From positions 1 to 26,244 of IMG/VR virus record IMGVR_UViG_3300016667_000519: DNA of 26,244 nt; one strand, given 5' to 3'. Positions within the stretch are counted from its first letter, which is position 1; each line of letters opens with the position of its first letter. Shown one piece after another: positions 18,806 to 25,509 of this stretch. The translations under genes and the position numbers were made by a program. This DNA comes from a virus (Duplodnaviria > Caudoviricetes). Under the pieces are notes generated by a model that made no database searches, had not been told where the DNA came from, and saw only the letters and a list, made by a program, of their open reading frames with translations.

Positions 18806-19234
18806 ATGAATACAAACAACCTAAAACACAAAACAGTTAGGTTTTTTCAAAAAGTTGGTTTAAAAATATTACGGGCGAGTAATCAATCCAACGAACCAAA
18901 ACATTCTGAATTTGAATATGAGTGTTTGGCAATTTGTAAAAACCTTATTCACAAAGAGAAATCAAAATTATTAATCTCCCCAATTTCAGGGAAACGTTAC
19001 ATTAAGAGTGAAGATAATCAAATCTTCGTTATTATGGATAACGGGAAGATTACTATCGTTAATCACCATTATAGTTATAATATCGACTTAACCTATAAGG
19101 CTTATGATAGGCTACTTAAAACATTCGATAACGAGGTTGAGATTAGAAGACAAGTTATGGAATCTGAAATTAGGTCAAATGTAAAACATTCATTATCTAA
19201 CATTTATAAAAACATAACAAATGACAAAGTTTAA
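18806..19234 (+). CDS. Hypothetical protein (probably early/middle class)
   Basis: 142-aa ORF directly behind the host-type promoter. Confidence 0.75.
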   Translation: MNTNNLKHKTVRFFQKVGLKILRASNQSNEPKHSEFEYECLAICKNLIHKEKSKLLISPISGKRYIKSEDNQIFVIMDNGKITIVNHHYSYNIDLTYKAYDRLLKTFDNEVEIRRQVMESEIRSNVKHSLSNIYKNITNDKV

Positions 19235-19478
19235 AAGCGTATTTTGGATGGGATTTACCGTTGTTATGGTCCCAATAACAATAATCGGACTAATGGTTAT
19301 TCTAACCATATTTTCACCAACAAGAGGGACTCCAAGTGAAGTTAAAACATATTACGATACTGTTAAGGTAAAACAAAAAGTAATCGTTTATGATACTGTT
19401 AAAGTAATTAAAGAAGTTAAAAAGAAAAAAGAGGTCAAGACAGAAGAAGAACCAATGGTTAATGACACTCTTAAATAA
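19221..19478 (+). CDS. Small single-pass membrane protein
   Basis: Hydrophobic segment FWMGFTVVMVPITIIGLMVILTIFS, then a Lys/Val-rich tail with repeated YDTVKV. Confidence 0.72.
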   Translation: MTKFKSVFWMGFTVVMVPITIIGLMVILTIFSPTRGTPSEVKTYYDTVKVKQKVIVYDTVKVIKEVKKKKEVKTEEEPMVNDTLK

Positions 19479-20139
19479 GAGATTTAATTAATCTTTCTAA
19501 CTGAGATTCAGTTATTTTAATTGTGTTCTCATTTCTTGGTTTATAGGAAACTAGTTTAGGTTTGTTTCCTGTACCTGATTTAGGGTGGGATTTTTCCGCC
19601 CTTCTTTTTTGTTGACAAGCAGAACGTTTCTCAGAGTCAGACATTTTGCCCGCAACACCTGCCGCCCTACATTTAGGATAAGCCTTATCACTTGCGTCAG
19701 GTCTTCCACAAGGGGGGTGTTTACCATTTTTATCTTTACGACAAATATTAACCCAAGGACCTTTTGGTTGTTTACTTCCCTTTGGTTTCTTTTTTGTTCC
19801 AAACCAAACCGCCAAATCTTCCTTAATTTGACCTGGAAATGGGTTTATATTATCACCATCGTCATCGTTTTGAACGGGGTGATTCTTTTTAAATCTTGAT
19901 ATTTTTTTTGCAACGGTTTCCATTTTTCGAATCTCATTTTCAGATTCATCCATATTTCCGTCTAAACTATCGGCATATAACTCAGCGTTATCAAAGTCTG
20001 AAACCTCAACTGTAAATGGTTCTAATTGACTTTTTTTAAATATTCTAAAACCTGGTTGCATAGGTAACACATAAGAACCTCTACCTCCACCACTATCTGA
20101 AGTCGCTTCACTTATATTTTTTTTATTCTTATTTTTCAT
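19471..20139 (-). CDS. Candidate internal head protein with a basic Cys-rich DUF5872-like domain
   Basis: EDLAVWFG..GPWVNIC..PCGR..YPKCR..KMSDSEKRSACQQKRR, plus C-terminal TIKITESQLERLIKSLI. Confidence 0.7.
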   Translation of the reverse strand: MKNKNKKNISEATSDSGGGRGSYVLPMQPGFRIFKKSQLEPFTVEVSDFDNAELYADSLDGNMDESENEIRKMETVAKKISRFKKNHPVQNDDDGDNINPFPGQIKEDLAVWFGTKKKPKGSKQPKGPWVNICRKDKNGKHPPCGRPDASDKAYPKCRAAGVAGKMSDSEKRSACQQKRRAEKSHPKSGTGNKPKLVSYKPRNENTIKITESQLERLIKSLI

Positions 20140-20150
20140 ATACAGTTATA

Positions 20151-20160
20151 TATAAATATC
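20151..20160 (-). promoter_or_regulatory. Putative late promoter GATATTTATA (minus strand)
   Basis: The + strand reads TATAAATATC; 11 nt upstream of the minus-strand ATG at 20139. Confidence 0.55.
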
Positions 20161-20173
20161 AAACAATATCAAA

Positions 20174-20392
20174 ATGGAAGAGCAAAAACTATTTGGGAAA
20201 TTATTTAATTCAATACCTTTATACGATGAAAATCACCTTGATACCATATTATCAACAATGGATAAAAAAACCGCCTCATATATGTTAATACAGGCGGTTA
20301 AATATGCTTATCATCAGGGAGTCTTTAGTCTTGGAGAGTCTGAAGTGATATCAAAATCAATTAGAACTTATACTAAAGAAGAAACTAACTAA
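20174..20392 (+). CDS. Hypothetical protein
   Basis: 72-aa ORF filling the gap between two minus-strand genes; A-rich leader. Confidence 0.7.
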   Translation: MEEQKLFGKLFNSIPLYDENHLDTILSTMDKKTASYMLIQAVKYAYHQGVFSLGESEVISKSIRTYTKEETN

Positions 20393-20394
20393 GA

Positions 20395-21438
20395 TTATTG
20401 TCTATATGTTGTTCTATTTCCATATTGTCCTTGGTCAGGTATTGTGGTCATTTCAGGAGCAACTCCTTTTTGATTACTCTGATAATTAAAATCTTGTCCA
20501 GGTCTTTCAGGAGTTCTTCTGTTATCCGCAGGTTCATTAGTGTTGGTTGGTATTGAGGTAACTTCTTTAGTTTTCATATTTTCCATTTTGGATTTAGATA
20601 ATAACCCCCAAGTTATAGGACCCACAATACCGTCAGGTTGTTTTGTTTTAGGATTTAGAAGATTATTTTTAGTTTGGAAACTCATTACTGCTTGTTTTGT
20701 CATATCGTCATATACTGATGTTAAACTAACATCCTCACCAGCATCTAACAATCTTGTTTGAATTATTTTAACTAAAGGTCCTTTATCTCCTTTTCTTAAA
20801 TAATACCCTTTTTGAGATAATTGTTCGATTGACGTTGGAAAGGTTCTTTGTTTAACTTGAGTAGTATCAAGATTTGCTTTGCCCGTATCTGCAGTTTTTT
20901 GAGTTGTGTTATTGTCTTTATTTTGTTGTTGTGTGGTGGTATTAGTCTTTGTATTTTGTGACGCGGTATCTCTTTGTTGTTGTATTTGATTTGCCATAAT
21001 AACACTTAAATCAGGAAATTTAAAATTACTTGTTCCCAAGTTTTGTGTACTGTTCCGACCTAATAACTTCTGTAAATGGGGTCTTAATCTTTCTTTACCA
21101 CTATCAAAAGCACCTATAGAATCCGCAATTACCGCATCTAACCCGGAATATTTAATTGTTTTGTTAGCATAATATCTTTTTAAATCATTATTAACGGCAT
21201 TAAGTGTACTAACATCAGGAATTTTTAAAATGGTGTTAATTAATTTTGTTTCGTCCACATTTACAAACCTACTTCCTGGTACAATCATTGTAATTTCATT
21301 TGCGATAGGATTTAATGATTTTCTAAGTTTTGTTTCTTCACTTTCTTGTTCACTCAAATAATGTCTTTTAGTGGCACTTTCGTGAAGTCCCAAAATTCTT
21401 TTCTTTTCCTCTTCGGATATAATAAATAAGTTTTTCAT
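20395..21438 (-). CDS. Peptidoglycan-binding-domain (PG_binding_1) protein with Gln/Thr-rich linker
   Basis: YLRKGDKGPLVKIIQTRL...YDDMTKQAVMSFQ...PDGIVGPITW. Start reassigned to ATG 21438 (MKNLFIISEEEKKRIL, 347 aa), which avoids overlap with the divergent gene. Confidence 0.82.
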   Translation of the reverse strand: MKNLFIISEEEKKRILGLHESATKRHYLSEQESEETKLRKSLNPIANEITMIVPGSRFVNVDETKLINTILKIPDVSTLNAVNNDLKRYYANKTIKYSGLDAVIADSIGAFDSGKERLRPHLQKLLGRNSTQNLGTSNFKFPDLSVIMANQIQQQRDTASQNTKTNTTTQQQNKDNNTTQKTADTGKANLDTTQVKQRTFPTSIEQLSQKGYYLRKGDKGPLVKIIQTRLLDAGEDVSLTSVYDDMTKQAVMSFQTKNNLLNPKTKQPDGIVGPITWGLLSKSKMENMKTKEVTSIPTNTNEPADNRRTPERPGQDFNYQSNQKGVAPEMTTIPDQGQYGNRTTYRQ

Positions 21439-21452
21439 ATAATAGATTATAA

Positions 21453-21474
21453 TATAAATATCTTGATATTTATA
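21453..21474. promoter_or_regulatory. Back-to-back divergent GATATTTATA motifs (perfect 10-bp inverted repeat)
   Basis: TATAAATATC-TT-GATATTTATA between minus ATG 21438 and plus ATG 21482. Confidence 0.65.
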
Positions 21475-21481
21475 AAATACA

Positions 21482-21856
21482 ATGAAAACAGACAAAGAAA
21501 AATTTGAAAATGTCGTTAATATAGTTCTAAAAAAAGAATATCCTTTTATTCAAAAAGTTGAGATTGTAAGAGTTAGAGAAATATTTAGAGAATTACAAGC
21601 GGATGTATTAATCGTTTTGGATATTGATTTTATTGAGGAGCATGTTGATATAGATTGTTATGATAATATGTTAAATGATGATTCTTTATTTTTTAGTTTG
21701 TGGTCTTTTAATAGTTGTTCAGATATTGAAATGAACCATATGAAAATGAAGGAAGACCTGTATGACCTTTATAAAATGATTATTGTCCCCAAAGAAACCT
21801 TATACACTTATAACATTAGCATAAGTGTTATATCATATAATAATCTTATTCAATAA
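21482..21856 (+). CDS. Hypothetical protein
   Basis: 124-aa ORF with the late motif 7 nt upstream. Confidence 0.65.
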   Translation: MKTDKEKFENVVNIVLKKEYPFIQKVEIVRVREIFRELQADVLIVLDIDFIEEHVDIDCYDNMLNDDSLFFSLWSFNSCSDIEMNHMKMKEDLYDLYKMIIVPKETLYTYNISISVISYNNLIQ

Positions 21857-23543
21857 TAAATTGGTATTTAAATAATCCACAATCCCAAATTCTATCATAC
21901 CCTAATTCAGAGGTTAATTCTTTTTCGGATTTATTGAAGTCCAAATTTGGGAATCTTTTTTTCAAGTTATTTTTACCGAATCCAAATTTATGAAACCTTT
22001 TATATCTATTAACTTTAGAATTATAATAATGGTATGTTGGTTTTGTTACAGATTCTAATTTAAAACCTAAGTTTGTATAGAAATTATTTAAAGGGTCTAA
22101 AGTCCATCTCCTGTCTGCAAAACTGACAATCGATTTTGGGTTATGTTCTGTTATAAAAGTTTTTAAAAACTTAGAACCTAAACCTCTAATAATATATTCT
22201 GATTTTGTGGAATACCTACTTAATTCAAATTCACCATCATTATTTTTAGTCATATTTCTACTTAAATTAAATGTCATTACCCCAACCAATTCTTCATTAT
22301 AATACGCCCCATAGAATATTTTTGATTTATCGGGTCCTTGTATATGGTATTTTTTTAAAAAATAATTTTTATCTTCTTTAGATATGTTTTTTATTATTAA
22401 ATTTCTACCACCAATCTTAATCCCATTACTAACTTTTAGTATATGTTTTAATTTTGTTTTGACCAAATCTTTATTAGTCATCCATTCATCTTCAAAAATA
22501 TGGATTAATTTATAACCATTTTGATTACAATCAATTGTTTTATTTAAGTGATAATTTATATTTTTACCCATAATTTCTGTATGGTAATATAAACCATTGT
22601 ATTCGATACATATTTTAACGTCTTCAATAACTAAATCAATTTCTTTACCATCCAATAACTTTCTATTTTTACCTTTAACAACATTAAACCCCAAAGACTC
22701 AATAAATTCTTTAATTTCGGTTTCTCCTTTAGAAGTCCAACTTGGGTTTATAGTTAAATTTAATTTTTTTGTGTTATCACTTAATTTAGAGGATGTTGAT
22801 TCTGACACTATTTTACTATTCGGATACTTTAATTTGTAATCTTCAACGGTGATATTGTGTTTATTTTTTAAATGTAGGTTATTAATTGATTTCATTTTTT
22901 CACCACATATTAAACAAACAACGTGATTTTTATGTTTTAATAATTCTATTTTTTTTGAAAAGTTAGTATGATATTTAATATCTTCAGGAAATTTATTCAA
23001 ATATTCTTCCAAATTTAAATTGTGAATATTAATATGTTGTTCAAAACAACCTGATTTATTTTCAACATCATTAGTATCCCAATCACACAATTGACACTTT
23101 CTCACTTTATTTTTTTCTAATTTAATAATTTCAAAATAATCTTCAAACCATTTTTTATTATTTAATTTCTCATATTTTTTTCTTTGGTAATTATTTTCAG
23201 GTATCCAAACATCACCATAATGTTCTATTATGTGTTTAGTTAATTTACCCGATAAATTGTTAGGGTCTTTAATTATTATTTCGGTCTGTTTACATTTTGC
23301 AACCAATTCATAATCCTCTTCACATTTGTATAAATTTACTTTTGATGATTCTATTAATGAACTATCCCCTATTTTAATCTGACCTCCTTTATTGTTAATT
23401 TTTATATCGTTATCTAATAATATTTGACGAATTTTTTTATGACCAACTTTATATTTTTCAGCTAATTTATGAGTGCTAGGAATCGTTGTATTATATAATT
23501 CTATTATATTAATAATATCTTCATTAGTTAAATTTGTTTTCAT
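21846..23543 (-). CDS. Free-standing Hef-like homing endonuclease: HTH + Zn-finger repeats + PD-(D/E)xK/Vsr-like nuclease + C-terminal GNAT-like domain
   Basis: N-terminal HTH-like STHKLAEKYKVGHKKIRQIL; CQLC..HINIH and CLIC..HLKNKH fingers; SKGETEI..KEIDLVI..CIEYNGLYYH..LIHIFEDEW nuclease core; ELVGVMTF..ELSRY..GLGSKFL..SFADRRW..FYTNLGF. Confidence 0.72.
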   Translation of the reverse strand: MKTNLTNEDIINIIELYNTTIPSTHKLAEKYKVGHKKIRQILLDNDIKINNKGGQIKIGDSSLIESSKVNLYKCEEDYELVAKCKQTEIIIKDPNNLSGKLTKHIIEHYGDVWIPENNYQRKKYEKLNNKKWFEDYFEIIKLEKNKVRKCQLCDWDTNDVENKSGCFEQHINIHNLNLEEYLNKFPEDIKYHTNFSKKIELLKHKNHVVCLICGEKMKSINNLHLKNKHNITVEDYKLKYPNSKIVSESTSSKLSDNTKKLNLTINPSWTSKGETEIKEFIESLGFNVVKGKNRKLLDGKEIDLVIEDVKICIEYNGLYYHTEIMGKNINYHLNKTIDCNQNGYKLIHIFEDEWMTNKDLVKTKLKHILKVSNGIKIGGRNLIIKNISKEDKNYFLKKYHIQGPDKSKIFYGAYYNEELVGVMTFNLSRNMTKNNDGEFELSRYSTKSEYIIRGLGSKFLKTFITEHNPKSIVSFADRRWTLDPLNNFYTNLGFKLESVTKPTYHYYNSKVNRYKRFHKFGFGKNNLKKRFPNLDFNKSEKELTSELGYDRIWDCGLFKYQFIIE

Positions 23544-23546
23544 AAT

Positions 23547-23555
23547 TATAAATAT
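23547..23555 (-). promoter_or_regulatory. Putative late promoter ATATTTATA (minus strand)
   Basis: 3 nt upstream of the minus-strand ATG at 23543, downstream of the capsid terminator. Confidence 0.55.
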
Positions 23556-23591
23556 AATTATAATCCATTTATTTTTAAACCATTTTAAAAT

Positions 23592-23620
23592 AAAAAAGGT
23601 CAGATTTCTCTGACCTTTTT
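23592..23620 (-). terminator. Rho-independent terminator of the capsid gene (potentially bidirectional)
   Basis: Minus strand AAAAAGGTCAGA-GAAA-TCTGACCTTTTTT: perfect stem, GAAA tetraloop, U-tract; 23 nt after the capsid stop. Confidence 0.9.
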
Positions 23621-23643
23621 AGTGTATACTATTTAAGTATTGA

Positions 23644-25476
23644 TTATCTCAACTCTCTTAAATCGAATGTACGAACTCCATCAACGGTGATACGAGCGTA
23701 GAAACGGTTATTAACCATCTTTTTCGCGTATCTTGTCATAATACCTTTAATAGGTGTGAAGTTAAATGGATTATACATTGTAGGTGTTAATTGTAGAGGT
23801 ACATACGGCGCGTAGATGTAACCTGTATCAAGTAACGATGTACCTTTATGTCCAATCAAAATTTGATTTGGTGGGAAATAAGGGTCACGGTATACTTGGT
23901 AACGACCTGCTAAAGTACCTACTCTTTCGATACCCATATTGTATTGGTCTTGCTCTGGTGAAGCGTTAGATACGTGGAAGTATTCTAAGTCATCAAAGAT
24001 AGCAGAAACCTCACTTGATACAACAATCCAGTTAGCTCCACCACGAAGAGTTGACTTGTGAATTTGAGCAGATAATTGGTTGATAGTTGTAATCAATGTT
24101 TGATTCCAATCTTTTTGAGTGTAAGATGTAGTTTGTTTAATTCTTCTCCATCCGTTATAATCCCAACGTAAGTTCCAAGCCGCACCTTTACGTAAGTCAC
24201 GTAAGATTTCACGGTCAATTTCAGCCGCAACTTGTTCAGACAATAACGCTGTTAATTCAGCCTCAGCATCGATATTATGGAATGCCGCAACGTCTTGAGC
24301 AAGTTCTGGTGACCATTGTGCTCTTAACTTTCTTTCAGTCACAGAAACTGTTACAGAATCAAGTTCGAAAGAAACCTCACCGATTTTGTCTTCAAACTCA
24401 AGTTCTTCATAACGTCTGAATACCGCAGTAAATCCTGATACGTCCAAATTATTAATTGTACTACCAGTGTATCCGTCTAAAGATTCTGAACCACAATCTG
24501 TACAAGCTGGACAAGAAAGGTCAACTTCTAAATAAATACATCCGTTAGCAGTACAAATGTCATTGAATGAACCTCCGTTACCGGTTGACGCCCAATTAGT
24601 TTGTGCTGATTGTCCATAACGAACAATTCCTTTACCATATTGTTGTGTTACTACACGGAATAATAAAGAATTTGGATTACCATCCGCATCAAATACTACA
24701 TCGCAAGCTCCGTTAATATCTGTTGAGCTATTAGCAAATATTCTTAAATCCGCTAAGAAACTTTCAGTATCCATTTCGTTACCGTCAGGACCGATAAGTT
24801 TACCAGCACCCGTATCAGCAAAACCACACATTTCAATGATAACTTTTCTAACGATTTTGCCATCTAAATCTCCATTAGCAATTGGTTCTAAAGCTCCGTT
24901 GTCCCAAACAACAACATTAGTTGATGCTGTGATAGCTGACCAACGACCTTTTGAGTAATCGAATAATCCTGGAGGGTCTAAAGCCGCTTCGTTTCCTTCA
25001 TAGAATAAATCATAAAGATTTTTCTTAAACGCTCCTGCTCCTGTATAACCTGCAGACGCATCTTGAGGCGTGTGATAATTACCTGGTGAACCAATTGGTG
25101 CATAGTGGTCACCTGATTTAGTTACATCACCTCCATCATAACCTTGAATCTTAGGTACGAAGTAAAATAATTTACCGATAGGTAAGTTCATAGCTTGTAC
25201 CGATACGATGTCATTCGCTAATAATTTAGAGAATACACGTCTAACGATAGGGAATACAACAGTTTCGAACGCTCCGTTTGAACCTTCACCAGTTGCTTCG
25301 TTTATCAAAAATGACGCTTGGTTTTCATATAACTGCGCCACATTTTCTTTTAGGTGACCACGTAGGCCTTCTAGGAATCCTAATTTATCCCATTTTGTAA
25401 TTGTATCTTCTTTGATAACTTTTAAGTGTTTTAAACCGATGTTACCAACAAGACCTGATTCTAATAATGCTCCCAT
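23644..25476 (-). CDS. Major capsid protein, T4 gp23-like
   Basis: VAQLYENQ, FPIVRRVF..LLANDIVSVQAMNLPIG, RKLRAQWSPELAQDVAAFHNIDAEAELTALLSEQVAAEIDREIL, RGGANWIV, GYIYAPYVPL, FTPIKGIMTRYA. Confidence 0.96.
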   Translation of the reverse strand: MGALLESGLVGNIGLKHLKVIKEDTITKWDKLGFLEGLRGHLKENVAQLYENQASFLINEATGEGSNGAFETVVFPIVRRVFSKLLANDIVSVQAMNLPIGKLFYFVPKIQGYDGGDVTKSGDHYAPIGSPGNYHTPQDASAGYTGAGAFKKNLYDLFYEGNEAALDPPGLFDYSKGRWSAITASTNVVVWDNGALEPIANGDLDGKIVRKVIIEMCGFADTGAGKLIGPDGNEMDTESFLADLRIFANSSTDINGACDVVFDADGNPNSLLFRVVTQQYGKGIVRYGQSAQTNWASTGNGGSFNDICTANGCIYLEVDLSCPACTDCGSESLDGYTGSTINNLDVSGFTAVFRRYEELEFEDKIGEVSFELDSVTVSVTERKLRAQWSPELAQDVAAFHNIDAEAELTALLSEQVAAEIDREILRDLRKGAAWNLRWDYNGWRRIKQTTSYTQKDWNQTLITTINQLSAQIHKSTLRGGANWIVVSSEVSAIFDDLEYFHVSNASPEQDQYNMGIERVGTLAGRYQVYRDPYFPPNQILIGHKGTSLLDTGYIYAPYVPLQLTPTMYNPFNFTPIKGIMTRYAKKMVNNRFYARITVDGVRTFDLRELR

Positions 25477-25509
25477 TTTTTTGGTTTTTTGTTTTTTTTT
25501 ATTTATTTT

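Noticed and set aside
20395-21495. Endolysin call and the 21495 start for the PG-binding protein
   Set aside because: No catalytic muralytic domain recognised; the longer start would overlap the divergent gene and run through the promoter palindrome.
19551-23969. Short alternative ORFs 19551-19802, 19585-19899, 20540-20761, 20796-21005, 22597-22839, 23784-23969
   Set aside because: Nested in longer motif-bearing genes with no independent signals.
24410-25150. Intein or intron in the capsid gene
   Set aside because: The frame is continuous, with no intein C-terminal HN-C/S/T junction or LAGLIDADG blocks seen; it fits an insertion domain.
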